DNA of 61,789 nucleotides. Source: a virus (taxonomy: Duplodnaviria > Caudoviricetes). The notes beneath the pieces are model-generated. The model was not told where the DNA came from. It did no database searches and saw nothing but the letters and a program-made list of their open reading frames with translations. Position numbers and translations under genes: made by a program. Below, piece after piece: positions 45,832-54,924 of this stretch (positions are counted from its first letter, which is position 1; each line of letters begins with the position of its first letter). The stretch lies in the IMG/VR virus record IMGVR_UViG_3300048079_000081, positions 1 through 61,789 of that record; one strand, written 5' to 3'.

Positions 45832-46334
45832 CGATCGTCGGGGACCTCGAGCGCGAGCTCATGACGACGCGCGCGGAGCTCGACGCGGCGCGTGGTAACT
45901 TCGCCGCGTGCTTTGAGCTCCTACGTGACATTCGGGTGGCTATGGGCGACACGCCCGAGCCGGAGCTGCCGGACGCGGCGCGCCGGTTGCGTGCGGACTC
46001 CGACCGCTGGCACGCCATCGCGACTCCCGAGGTGCACGACTTCGTGCAGGCCGTCGAGCGCGAGGCGCTACATCAACGGCAGCGGTGGAGCACTGAGCAC
46101 GACGGCGGGAAGCAGCCGGAGGATTGGCTCTGGCTCGTGGCCTACCTTGCGACGAAAGCCGTGATGTCCCACCGCTACTCGGATCGCGAGAAATACCTCC
46201 ATCACATCGTCACGACCGCCGCCGCTTGCTGTAACTGGCACGCGAACGCGAGTGGCGTCCATCGGGCCATGCGCGCGGGGGCCGTACCGCTCGAGGCTGA
46301 GAAGATGGTCGCCGAACCCGGGAGCGAAGCATGA
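45828..46334 (+). CDS. hypothetical protein, possible MazG-like helical domain
   Basis: EREA.HQ..RW..EHD..K..EDW...TAA....W. Confidence 0.55.
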   Translation: MTIVGDLERELMTTRAELDAARGNFAACFELLRDIRVAMGDTPEPELPDAARRLRADSDRWHAIATPEVHDFVQAVEREALHQRQRWSTEHDGGKQPEDWLWLVAYLATKAVMSHRYSDREKYLHHIVTTAAACCNWHANASGVHRAMRAGAVPLEAEKMVAEPGSEA

Positions 46335-46567
46335 GCGCCGGCGGGCCCGAGGTCCCCGGGCCGGGCGTCCGTCCGCCGGCGGCGATCGTCACCTTCGAGT
46401 GCCCGCGGTGCTCTCACCTCTGGAATCAGAAGGTGCCGGTGCCTGTGGCACCCGAGCTACCTTGCCCGCGCTGCCCGGAGAACGCCGCGCGCCCCGTGCG
46501 CACGGTACAGGCCGGGTGGAAACAGAAACAACGCGCCACTCCTCCGAGCGAGCGGCGCGGACGCTGA
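46331..46567 (+). CDS. Zn-ribbon protein
   Basis: FECPRC.H...CPRC. Confidence 0.65.
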   Translation: MSAGGPEVPGPGVRPPAAIVTFECPRCSHLWNQKVPVPVAPELPCPRCPENAARPVRTVQAGWKQKQRATPPSERRGR

Positions 46568-46726
46568 CCGCCGGGAGGTCCGGCGGCGAAGAGAAGTCCG
46601 ATACAGAAGGCCGAACATACCCCAGAGCGGGGGCCTGCCCGCGTGGAGCGTGCGGGCCTCCGCTTCACTCGCGCTCCTCGAGCGCGACCACCTCGCGCTC
46701 CTGGAGCGCGATAAGCGAGGCACCCC

Positions 46727-47290
46727 ATGAGACGACGATGGCTCTATTCCCTGGCGCTCCTGGCCGTGTCCGTGCTGCTTCCGGCGGGTAACTGCCGCGA
46801 CGACGGCGTGGGCAACAACAACGACGCCTTCGCCTGGCTCCAGCTCGGGAAAGACGTGGAAGACGTCGAGCTGGGCGACGCGACCGAGCGCGTGAACCTG
46901 CGGTATCAGGAAGACGCCGGCTACTTCGGCTATGCCCGCACCTGCTACGTCTCGGGCACCTTCGCCTTCGACGCCGCCGCCTTCGAGCTCGTGGATTGCC
47001 GCAACACCACCAACCCGGGCTTCGAGCCCAACGTGGACTTCGACTGTGTGGTGCTCTCGCCGGGGCTCGTGCGGATCGACGTGTGGAAGACGGACGGCGG
47101 GCACTTCGCGAGCGACGACCACGAGCTCATGAAAACCGAGTTCGCGATCCTGACCGAGACGCCTGGAGACTACCCGGCGCCGGGCGTCGAGATCGATGGG
47201 CTCTCCAATGGCACGAAGTCGGGCGCGTGCGCGATTCAGCAGGCGGGCAACTACATGCGCCAGAGCACAAGCATCTGGCGCGCGCAGTAG
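46727..47290 (+). CDS. secreted/lipoprotein, beta-sandwich (cohesin-like)
   Basis: MRRRW plus hydrophobic signal ending AGNC; G.F.FD...FELVD. Confidence 0.65.
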   Translation: MRRRWLYSLALLAVSVLLPAGNCRDDGVGNNNDAFAWLQLGKDVEDVELGDATERVNLRYQEDAGYFGYARTCYVSGTFAFDAAAFELVDCRNTTNPGFEPNVDFDCVVLSPGLVRIDVWKTDGGHFASDDHELMKTEFAILTETPGDYPAPGVEIDGLSNGTKSGACAIQQAGNYMRQSTSIWRAQ

Positions 47291-48132
47291 GCCGCAAGGT
47301 TCGCGCTCCTGGAGCGCGACCGCGCAGCGCCTCGGAAACCACGAGCCGGATCTTCGAGGCGCTGCGCCTCCGCTTCTGTGACCGCTACGGCTACGCGCTC
47401 GTCGAGGAGATCGAGCCGCCGGGCACCGGGCGCCGCTTCGACGCGCTCGCGGTCGGGCTCTGGCCCTCCCGCGGCTGCCTTCTGATCGGCGTCGAGGTGA
47501 AGGCGACCGAGGAGGACCTGCGCCGCGAGCTCGCCAACCCCGCGAAGGCGGACGGGCTCTATCGGCGCTGTGACCTCTGGTACCTGGCGGTGCCGGCCGA
47601 GCTCGAGGCGCAGGCGCTCGGGCCTACGGTGCCGGACTCCTGGGGCGTGCTCGTGCTGCGCGGCGAGAAGACGCTGCGCGAAGTGCGCAAGCCGCGCCGC
47701 CACGAGGCGCTCGTGGATCGCTACCTCCTGGCGACCCTCCTCCGGCGCCACGAGGACGCGGAGGGCACTGAGCGTCGCGTTCGCGAGGAGAAGAGGTACT
47801 CCGATGGCTATCACCAGGGCCAGGAGAGGGCGGCGCGCGAGGTGGCGGCGGCGAAGGAGGAGGCCCAGGAGCTCCGCCTCGAGCGTCACCGCTTCGAGCA
47901 AGCCTCGGGCATCGTCTTCGCGCGCTGGGAAGCCGACGTGGGCCAGAAGCTCGGCGCCGCCGTGGCCGCGCTCCGGGGCCGGAAGGCGGCCGGCGCCGTG
48001 GGCGCGCTGCGGATGACCGAGGGCCGCCTCGTCGAGGTGCTCGAGGCTATCCGCAAGGCGAAGGAAGCGATCGAAGCCGTGACGCCGGGGGAGCTCGAGG
48101 ACATCGCGCTCCAGGAGCGCGAAGCTCCGTGA
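47287..48132 (+). CDS. MmcB-like PD-(D/E)XK nuclease (start uncertain)
   Basis: EE...RRFDA.AV.LWPSRG....GVEVK....DL.REL..P.K......CD.WYL. Confidence 0.75.
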   Translation, partial: VGRKVRAPGARPRSASETTSRIFEALRLRFCDRYGYALVEEIEPPGTGRRFDALAVGLWPSRGCLLIGVEVKATEEDLRRELANPAKADGLYRRCDLWYLAVPAELEAQALGPTVPDSWGVLVLRGEKTLREVRKPRRHEALVDRYLLATLLRRHEDAEGTERRVREEKRYSDGYHQGQERAAREVAAAKEEAQELRLERHRFEQASGIVFARWEADVGQKLGAAVAALRGRKAAGAVGALRMTEGRLVEVLEAIRKAKEAIEAVTPGELEDIALQEREAP

Positions 48133-48557
48133 TCCTCGGCATCGTGGGGCACGAGGCGGCGAAGTTCACGGCGGAGACGGAAAGCCGCGCGCGCGCCGCG
48201 ATCTTCGCGGCGATCCGCCGCCACGGGGCCACGCGGATCGTATCCGGCCACTGCCACCTCGGGGGCGTGGACATCTGGGCCGAGGAGATCGCGGCGGCCC
48301 TCCGGCTACCGACCACGATCTACGCGCCCGAGGTGCTCCGCTGGGGCGAGCCCCGGGGCTTCCGCGCACGCAACCTGCGCATCGCGCGCGGCAGCGACCT
48401 CGTGGCGTGCGTGGTGGTGCGCGAGCTCCCGCCAGGCTACACCGGGATGCGGTTCGCCGGGTGCTACCACTGCGGCGCCCGCAACCCGGAGCACGTCAAA
48501 AGCGGCGGCTGCTGGACCGCGTGGCAGTGCGGGGGGCGCGAGTGGATCATCCTGTAA
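48129..48557 (+). CDS. SLOG-superfamily protein
   Basis: LGIVG, IVSG....GGVD.WAE, RN..IA..SD, SGG.WT. Confidence 0.75.
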   Translation: MILGIVGHEAAKFTAETESRARAAIFAAIRRHGATRIVSGHCHLGGVDIWAEEIAAALRLPTTIYAPEVLRWGEPRGFRARNLRIARGSDLVACVVVRELPPGYTGMRFAGCYHCGARNPEHVKSGGCWTAWQCGGREWIIL

Positions 48558-49648
48558 CCGAGGCGACGCTCCTCGTGGGCGACGCCCTCGAGCGCCTCCG
48601 CGAGCTCCCGAACGGCATCGCCCAGACGTGCATTTCTTCTCCGCCTTATTGGGGGCAACGCGACTACGGCACGGGGGCCTGGGCGGGCGGCGACCCCGCG
48701 CACGCCCACGACCGCGTGCTCTCCCGGGCCGGCCGTGGCGGGAGCGGCAGTACCCCGAAGCGGTCCGCCTTTCCGCGCGACGTGCCGGCGGCCGCGTGCG
48801 CCTGCGGCGCGCGCTACTTCGACCAGCAGCTCGGGCTCGAGGCGACGCCGGACGCCTGGGCCGCGCGCCTCGTGGAAGTCTTCGCCGAGGTGCGGCGCGT
48901 GCTCCGGCCGGACGGGACGCTTTGGCTCAACGCGGGTGACGCCTACGCCGGCGGCGCCTCCGGTAACGGCTCCTCGGGTGCTCGGCGGCCGCACGGGCTG
49001 GCGCCGAAGCAGCTCCTGGGCCTGCCCTGGCGTCTGGCGTTCGCCTTGCAGGCGGACGGGTGGTGGCTCCGCTCGGACCTGGTGTGGGCCAAGCCGAACG
49101 CGCTGCCGGAGAGCGCCCGCGACCGCCCCAGCCGGGCCCACGAGTACCTCTTCCTGCTGGCGGCGCGCGCCCGGTACTACTACGACCCGGACGCGGTGCG
49201 CGAGGTGCCGCGCTACCTCGAGCCGGACGCGCCCGAGGAATACGAGCGCCTCGTGGGCAAGAGCTACTACGACCACGGCGAGGACCTGGCCCAGGGGATG
49301 TCGCAAGCCAGGGCGCCCACCTGGCGCGTCGCATCGCACCCCAAGGGCCGAAACCTGCGGACCGTGCTCGTGGTGAACACGCAGCCGTCGCCGCTGGCCC
49401 ATTACGCCACGTTCCCGGAGCGCCTCGTGGCGCCGTGCATCCTGGCCGGCTCTCGCCCGGGCGACCTCGTGCTGGACCCCTTCGCCGGGACCGCGACCGT
49501 GGGCGTGGTGGCCCTGCGCCTCGGGCGCCGCTTCCTCGGCGTGGAGCTCCACCCGGGCCAGGCCGAAGGCGCCCGCGCCCGGCTCGAGGCCGTGGCCCCA
49601 CTCCTGGCGAAGGTTTCGCTTGATCCGGCTCCCGGGCCCGTGGCATGA
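48542..49648 (+). CDS. N4C/N6A DNA methyltransferase
   Basis: GDALE.L, SSPPYWG.RDY, W.KPN..PES..DRP, HYATFP, VLDPFAG. Confidence 0.92.
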   Translation: MDHPVTEATLLVGDALERLRELPNGIAQTCISSPPYWGQRDYGTGAWAGGDPAHAHDRVLSRAGRGGSGSTPKRSAFPRDVPAAACACGARYFDQQLGLEATPDAWAARLVEVFAEVRRVLRPDGTLWLNAGDAYAGGASGNGSSGARRPHGLAPKQLLGLPWRLAFALQADGWWLRSDLVWAKPNALPESARDRPSRAHEYLFLLAARARYYYDPDAVREVPRYLEPDAPEEYERLVGKSYYDHGEDLAQGMSQARAPTWRVASHPKGRNLRTVLVVNTQPSPLAHYATFPERLVAPCILAGSRPGDLVLDPFAGTATVGVVALRLGRRFLGVELHPGQAEGARARLEAVAPLLAKVSLDPAPGPVA

Positions 49649-49649
49649 T

Positions 49650-49730
49650 GCGACCGCCTGGGGTCGGGCAGCGTGGCTGGTGGGGCTCCCACATTCCACG
49701 ATCCCTGTCCTCCCGATCCCAGGCGGCCGC
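49650..49730 (+). other. long intergenic stem-loop
   Basis: 19-nt arms 49650-49668/49712-49730 (one mismatch, one G-U) around inner stems. Confidence 0.6.
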
Positions 49731-49754
49731 CTGACGAACGGCAAGGAGGACACG

Positions 49755-50087
49755 ATGCGAAGCAAGGGCCTCGAGCCCGCGAGCCGTGTGCGTCGCGCTC
49801 CTGGAGCGCGAGGTGAGCACGCCCCCGCCATCGGAGATCGCCACTTCGAGTTCTACCGCGCCAAGGATGGCTGGCGGTGGACCTTCTGGGCGGAGAACGG
49901 GCGCAAGCTGGCCGACGGCGGGCAGGGCTACTCGCGCCTGATCGACGCGGTGAACGGAGCCAAGGCCGTCACGGCGACGCACACCGCCTTCGCGCACGTG
50001 CGCGGCAAGCTGCGCCAGTTCCGGCTCCACGCGCCGAGCACGTACCCGACTACCCGCAAGACATCGCGCTCCGGGAGCACGACGTAG
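49755..50087 (+). CDS. YegP/DUF1508-like protein
   Basis: FEFYRAKDGWRW...AENG..LADGGQGYS; SD AAGGAGG. Confidence 0.8.
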   Translation: MRSKGLEPASRVRRAPGARGEHAPAIGDRHFEFYRAKDGWRWTFWAENGRKLADGGQGYSRLIDAVNGAKAVTATHTAFAHVRGKLRQFRLHAPSTYPTTRKTSRSGSTT

Positions 50088-50217
50088 CTTCACCGATTCG
50101 CGGCTCGCGCCGAGTGGCGCGGACCGGGATGACCCGCCTGCGCCGGGCCCGCGCAGACCATCGCGCACGAGCGCGGTCGCGTTCCAGAACGCGATGACAC
50201 CGAAGGGAAACGACACG

Positions 50218-50892
50218 ATGCGAGCTCTCCTCCTCCTGGCCGGCGCCCTGGCGCTGGCAGCCGTTCCGGCGCAGGCCAATCCCTGCGACCACAACGGCAA
50301 CGGCGTGCCGCCGTTCTGCAACGGCGACGGCGACCCGCCGGGCCCCGGTGGCCCGCCGAGCCACCACAACGTCACGAACACCAACACGGCGATCTCGGAT
50401 GCCTCCGCCTCGAGCGCCTCGAGCTCGAGTGCCACCGCGACCGGCGGGAACGCCTACGTCACGGTGGGCGGCGAAGGCCCCCTTTCCGAGCAGAGCCAGT
50501 ACCAGACGCAGGCCGTGGACGCTTCGAGCGCGGTGACGGTCGAGGGCTCCACCCTCAACGTCGAGGGCTCCGAGATCAACGCGGGCGCGGACGTGGTGGT
50601 CGAGGGCGACCGCGTGGACGCGATGGAGGCCGACGACCTGCCTGGCATCCCGGCATCCGTCTTCGTGGACGCCTGCGGCAACGGCATGGCGGCCGGCTTC
50701 CCTGGCGGCTCCGCCAGCTTCGGCGCCGGCAACCCGGTCTGCCTCTGGCTCGCGATCGGGCGCGCCGCGCACGATCAGGGCGACCGCGAGCGTGCGGACC
50801 GGGCCCTCGGCGAGGCCGAGGCGAGCCTGCGCCGCCAGCGGTCCGTGTCGCGCTATCTCGAGGGCGTGCCGCTGATCGGTCGGTTGTTCTAA
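50218..50892 (+). CDS. secreted protein with low-complexity linker
   Basis: Signal peptide MRALLLLAGALALAAVPAQA; Ser/Ala-rich; Cys pairs. Confidence 0.7.
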   Translation: MRALLLLAGALALAAVPAQANPCDHNGNGVPPFCNGDGDPPGPGGPPSHHNVTNTNTAISDASASSASSSSATATGGNAYVTVGGEGPLSEQSQYQTQAVDASSAVTVEGSTLNVEGSEINAGADVVVEGDRVDAMEADDLPGIPASVFVDACGNGMAAGFPGGSASFGAGNPVCLWLAIGRAAHDQGDRERADRALGEAEASLRRQRSVSRYLEGVPLIGRLF

Positions 50893-50959
50893 CTGGCACC
50901 CGCGGCGCGTCACCAATCGGCGCGCCGCGGGCACCTACCTCTCGCCGAGGAGAAGCCGC

Positions 50960-51118
50960 ATGACCATAGGCGAGCTCCGCGACTTCGCCGCCGCCGTGCT
51001 GGCCGACCTCAAGACGCACGAGTTTCTCTGGGCCGCCGCCTTCCTCATCCTCTTCGTGGCGGTCGCGCCCAGCTTCGCCACCGTGGCGCGCGCCGTCCGG
51101 CGTCGGCGGCGCCGGTGA
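50960..51118 (+). CDS. small membrane protein (52 aa, not in ORF track)
   Basis: SD GAGGAG; FLWAAAFLILFVAVA then poly-Arg. Confidence 0.6.
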   Translation: MTIGELRDFAAAVLADLKTHEFLWAAAFLILFVAVAPSFATVARAVRRRRRR

Positions 51119-51711
51119 CTCGAGGAGGAGCGGAGCCGGTGAGCATGAGCGACTGCCCCGCGTGCTGGGGATCGGCCAGTGGGTTTTGCCTCGCGCACCG
51201 GCCAGGGCTCGCGGCCCAACTCCACCGCGAGGCCGAAGCGCGTGAGGCGCGCAAGCTCGGGCAGCCCAATCTAGGCAGCGATCCTCCGGTGCCTCCGGTG
51301 CCAACGCCAGCCGACTTCGCGCGCGAAACCGAAGCCAGGCGCTACTGGCACGGCCCCTTCGAGGAGGTGCGCCGCGGCCTCGAGCGGCTGGAGGCCGCGC
51401 TTGCGGCGCTGCACTGGCTCGCGCTCGCGGACCGCGCCGAATGGGCAGAGCTCCTCGGGCGGTGCGAATCCATCCGGCGCGACGTCCGCTTCCTCGAGAC
51501 GCGTAGCGGCGCTCGGGTCGCCGCCCAGGCCCAGAGCGGGGAAGCCCTCGGGCTCGAGGCCCTGGCCCGCGATCAGGCGAAACGGACGCCGTGCGTCTTC
51601 TGTGGGCGGCTCGCGCCCGCGCACCCCTTCACCTACTTCGAGAACGCCAACCCGGTGACGCTGCGGCCCATCACCTGTGAGGTGTACGCGGCGAGCCTAC
51701 CACCGGCGTGA
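51115..51711 (+). CDS. hypothetical Cys-containing protein
   Basis: CPAC, CVFC motifs. Confidence 0.6.
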   Translation: MTRGGAEPVSMSDCPACWGSASGFCLAHRPGLAAQLHREAEAREARKLGQPNLGSDPPVPPVPTPADFARETEARRYWHGPFEEVRRGLERLEAALAALHWLALADRAEWAELLGRCESIRRDVRFLETRSGARVAAQAQSGEALGLEALARDQAKRTPCVFCGRLAPAHPFTYFENANPVTLRPITCEVYAASLPPA

Positions 51712-51986
51712 GCAACCTCCGGTTCGGCGACGTGCGCCCGTGGACGCCGGCGGAACGGGCGAGCATCCGCGAGGCCCTGGCCGTGCTCGAGGCCGGCGAC
51801 CCGCTCACGGAGGAGCTCGCCCGCCGCGTCCACGTGGCGCTCCTCGCGGCGGCCGGCCAGGAGCGATTCGCCGAGGAGAGCTGGCGGCGCGCGCCCGCGA
51901 AGCGGGTGCTGGTGACCGCCGCGCACCTGGCCGAGATCGCCGAGGAGCTCGAGGAGCTTCTCGAGCTCGAGGAGGCCGGGACGTGA
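51708..51986 (+). CDS. hypothetical protein
   Basis: GTGA overlap. Confidence 0.6.
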   Translation: MSNLRFGDVRPWTPAERASIREALAVLEAGDPLTEELARRVHVALLAAAGQERFAEESWRRAPAKRVLVTAAHLAEIAEELEELLELEEAGT

Positions 51987-52567
51987 ACCGGCCGCTCCGC
52001 CCCGGTCTGCTGCCTGGCATCGCCGGCGCCGAGGCCGTGTTCTCACCCTGCGGGAGCTACCGCTACCGTCTCGAGCGGCGCTGGGACCTCGAGCGGCCGC
52101 TGTGCGTGTGGATCATGCTCAACCCGAGCCTCGGCGACGCCTGGCGCATGGATCCGACGCTCTGGCGGGTCTACCACTTCTCGCAGGGCTACGGCGCCGG
52201 CGGCTTCCTCGTGGTGAATCTCTACGCCTACGTCTCGCCCTCACCGCACGACCTCGTGACGGTCGCGCGCGCCCACCTCGACCCAGAAGGGCCAGACAAC
52301 CGGGAGCACCTCCGCTCGGCGCTGCTCCAGTGCACGGCGCCGGGCGTCCACGCCGTCGCCGCCTGGGGGAACGTCGCGCACGGTTCGCCGGCCGCCTCCG
52401 CCTTCTTGCGGCTCGCGGCGCTGCGCGGCGTGGAGCTCTCCTGCCTGGGCCTCACCCGGAGCGGCGCGCCGCGTCACCCGCTCCACGCGCCGCGCGCCTG
52501 CCCGCTCCTCGCCTACGCCCCAAGCCGCTCAAGTTCTGGCCCGGGGCGCCCGATAGGACCAGCATGA
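51983..52567 (+). CDS. DUF1643-family protein
   Basis: S.CG.YRY.L.R.W, IMLNPS, DPT, VNLYA, AWG, G.PRHPL. Confidence 0.88.
   Translation: MNRPLRPGLLPGIAGAEAVFSPCGSYRYRLERRWDLERPLCVWIMLNPSLGDAWRMDPTLWRVYHFSQGYGAGGFLVVNLYAYVSPSPHDLVTVARAHLDPEGPDNREHLRSALLQCTAPGVHAVAAWGNVAHGSPAASAFLRLAALRGVELSCLGLTRSGAPRHPLHAPRACPLLAYAPSRSSSGPGRPIGPA
52529..52556 (+). promoter_or_regulatory. sigma28-type promoter 1 (TCAAG-N15-CCCGATAG)
   Basis: ATG 52564 is 7 nt downstream. Confidence 0.75.
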
Positions 52568-52779
52568 GCACGAACGACACCACGGACGACCTCAACGCCT
52601 ACGCCGCCGGCCAGGTGCGCAAGCTGCACGACGCCCTCGCGGCGGCCGGCCATCCGGTCACGCCAGCCGAAGCCAAGGTGATCTGGCTGGCCGGCATGGC
52701 GGCGACCTGCGAGGTGCTCGAGCTCGACGGCACCCCCTTCGTCGAGACGGCGCGCCGCGTCGCGGCCGACCTCGGATGA
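52564..52779 (+). CDS. hypothetical protein
   Basis: First gene after promoter 1. Confidence 0.65.
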   Translation: MSTNDTTDDLNAYAAGQVRKLHDALAAAGHPVTPAEAKVIWLAGMAATCEVLELDGTPFVETARRVAADLG

Positions 52780-53246
52780 ACACAGGCCTCCTGCCGCGAT
52801 ACGACGACGGTACCGTCGTAGTGCGCCGGGCCCGCAAGGATTGGGTCTGCTGCGGCCGGCTGCATGGCCCCGACGGGCGCTACATGCGCGAGCCCAACGT
52901 CACGCCGGTGGGCACGTTCGGGACCCGGTGGGTCCGGTGCCTGGCCGCGCTTCCGAAGGGCTCGACCTACGTCGAGTGGCTCGGCGACTCCGCGCCCTAC
53001 GAAGCCGGCGCCCGCTACTGCTTCCGCTGCGCCCAGGCCGAGGGCCTCCTCGAGACGGTCGAGGCGCGCGGGCGCCGGCTGGGCGAGGAGGCGCTGCGCG
53101 CCCTGGGCGAGACGCCGATCCGGGGCGTCTGCGCCCGCGTCCGACAAGGTTTTCAAGCGTGCTCGAGGGCGCCCGGGGAATCCATCCACCAGCTTTGCCG
53201 CGTCTGCCGGGCAACCGAGGCCGCGCGCGAGGAGGCCCGCCCGTGA
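52776..53246 (+). CDS. hypothetical Cys-rich protein
   Basis: RRARK...C...G..YVE...YC..C. Confidence 0.65.
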   Translation: MNTGLLPRYDDGTVVVRRARKDWVCCGRLHGPDGRYMREPNVTPVGTFGTRWVRCLAALPKGSTYVEWLGDSAPYEAGARYCFRCAQAEGLLETVEARGRRLGEEALRALGETPIRGVCARVRQGFQACSRAPGESIHQLCRVCRATEAAREEARP

Positions 53247-53464
53247 AGCTCTGCATCGTGGACGACGCCGGAAACGTGCACGAGGTCACGGACCGTCTCG
53301 AGCTCTACCTCGACCCCTCGCCGCCCATCACCATGGTGATGTCTGCCGACCCGGACCACCCGGGCTGGGCGGACCAGCACGAGCTCGAGGAGCTCCTGGA
53401 CGACATCAAGGCGACCGGGGCGTTCGCCCGCGAGCTCGCACCGAAGAAGGCGGCCGCCGAGTGA
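53243..53464 (+). CDS. hypothetical protein
   Basis: GTGA overlap, SD GGAGG. Confidence 0.6.
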   Translation: MKLCIVDDAGNVHEVTDRLELYLDPSPPITMVMSADPDHPGWADQHELEELLDDIKATGAFARELAPKKAAAE

Positions 53465-53820
53465 ACGAGCAGCTCGCCTTCCACCCGCTCAAGCCCGCGA
53501 GCCGGTGCGGCGACTGCGCCCGGCCCGCCTACTACTGCGAGCTCTGCGGAGACTACTACCACGCGGACGGCGCCACGTGCTTCTTCGTCCGCGAGCCGCA
53601 CCCTGGCGTGTCCGACCTCGAAGCGATCCTGCTCCACGAGGAGGCGGCGCGGCTCAGCCGCGAGCCCTGCGCGGCGGTGCGGGTCGAGGACGCGGCCGCC
53701 TGCGCCCTGGCCGTGAGCGCCGGGCTTGGCGTGGTGCTCGTGGCCGTTGGCGGCTGGGCAAAACCGACGCCGGCCGAGGTGCACACGGCCTACATCCTCG
53801 AGCACCGGAAGCGCCCGTGA
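53461..53820 (+). CDS. hypothetical Cys-rich protein
   Basis: CGDC, CELC. Confidence 0.55.
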   Translation: MNEQLAFHPLKPASRCGDCARPAYYCELCGDYYHADGATCFFVREPHPGVSDLEAILLHEEAARLSREPCAAVRVEDAAACALAVSAGLGVVLVAVGGWAKPTPAEVHTAYILEHRKRP

Positions 53821-53823
53821 GGC

Positions 53824-53851
53824 TCAAGTTCCCCACCTGGCCGGCCGAGAA
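53824..53851 (+). promoter_or_regulatory. sigma28-type promoter 2 (TCAAG-N15-GCCGAGAA)
   Basis: Leader nearly identical to that of promoter 5. Confidence 0.75.
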
Positions 53852-53872
53852 GAGCGGCGAAAGGGGAACCAG

Positions 53873-54052
53873 ATGAGCTACGACACGTGGAAGACTGCGG
53901 AGCCGGCGCTCGAGGAGCTCGGGGCCGCCTGCCCGGATACCTGCGGCGAGGTGGACCTGTGCGCCGCTTGCGCCGATGAGCTCGAGGCGTACGTCGCGCT
54001 CGTGGACCTCGCGACCCCGGAGCGCGAGGAGGAGCCGGATGTCGCGTTCTGA
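53873..54052 (+). CDS. small hypothetical protein
   Basis: SD AAGGGG; MSYD.WK..EP. Confidence 0.65.
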   Translation: MSYDTWKTAEPALEELGAACPDTCGEVDLCAACADELEAYVALVDLATPEREEEPDVAF

Positions 54053-54281
54053 CGCGCCCCCCAGGCGGGCGCTCTCGAAGGCCCAGGCCGGCCGCTGCGA
54101 GCACGCAAAGACGGACCGCTGCTGCTGCCGATGCGGCGGCGCCTTCCACGGCAAGGGCCGCGTCGCGGACGTGACCGAGCTCCCGGCCGAGGACCCGCAC
54201 CACGCCCGCGAGCCGGCTTTCCGCCGAGGCCGGCCATTGGCGGAGCAGATCCGGCTCTTTGACGAGCCGGGGCGCCCGTGA
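54039..54281 (+). CDS. small Cys/His-motif protein
   Basis: C..A....C.C.CGG..HG; SD GGAGGAG. Confidence 0.7.
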   Translation: MSRSDAPPRRALSKAQAGRCEHAKTDRCCCRCGGAFHGKGRVADVTELPAEDPHHAREPAFRRGRPLAEQIRLFDEPGRP

Positions 54282-54313
54282 AGCGCGTCACGCTCACGGC
54301 GCGCGCTAGGCGC

Positions 54314-54341
54314 TCAAGATCCTGACGGCCCGTGCCGACAG
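54314..54341 (+). promoter_or_regulatory. sigma28-type promoter 3 (TCAAG-N15-GCCGACAG)
   Basis: ATG 54349 is 7 nt downstream. Confidence 0.75.
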
Positions 54342-54348
54342 GTCGGGC

Positions 54349-54624
54349 ATGAGCAAGACGCTGCGCACGGTCCGTGTGATCGACCTCACCCGCGACCCCA
54401 TGACCGGCGAGAAGATCGCGCTGAGCCCCTCCGAGCTCGTGCCTTGCGTCTGCTGCGGGAAGGGCTGCGGCAAGCTCCACGAGCTCAACACGGGCCACCG
54501 CGTCGGTTCCGAGTGCGCGAGCCTCCTCGAGACGCTCTCCGCGCACGGCGGCGGCGCCGATTGGGCGCGCATCCTCCAGGCTTCCAAGAAGCAGATCGCC
54601 TTCTTCGCGGTCGTGACCGCGTGA
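54349..54624 (+). CDS. hypothetical Zn-binding protein
   Basis: C.CCGK...VGSECA. Confidence 0.7.
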   Translation: MSKTLRTVRVIDLTRDPMTGEKIALSPSELVPCVCCGKGCGKLHELNTGHRVGSECASLLETLSAHGGGADWARILQASKKQIAFFAVVTA

Positions 54625-54924
54625 TGGCCAAGCGCCTCCGCCTCGAGTGGAGCCGCCACCTCGCAGTCTGGACGGCGCTAGCCGGAGAGCTCCGCTACTC
54701 CATCCGCCTCCTACCAGGGCCGCGGCGTGACCCTGCGCGTGGGCTGGGCCTCGTTTCCGCGCGCGCAGTCATGGCTCTGCGGCGGCTTCGCTCACGTGCG
54801 CCAGGCGAAGCGCGCGGCCGAGCTCATCGCGCGCGCGGCACGACCGGCTGAGGCCGCCGCCGACCTCGCCCGCGCCGCCTCGGCTACAGGCCCGGGAGCC
54901 GCGCCGTGGCGGCAGCGAGCCTAG
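54624..54924 (+). pseudogene. possibly frameshifted small gene
   Basis: Protein-like N-half in frame 54624 and C-half in frame of 54727-54924; switch near 54705. Confidence 0.35.

Noticed and set aside
48554-48556. GTA start codon for the methyltransferase
   Set aside because: An in-frame GTG at 48542 with a G-rich SD-like sequence explains the N-terminus
49650-50194. tRNA genes in the structured intergenic regions
   Set aside because: No cloverleaf or T-loop consensus seen; only rod-like hairpins
50894-50909. Third sigma54-like motif TGGCACCCGCGGCGCG
   Set aside because: GG-N10-GC spacing fits but the -12 element lacks TT; too weak in GC-rich DNA
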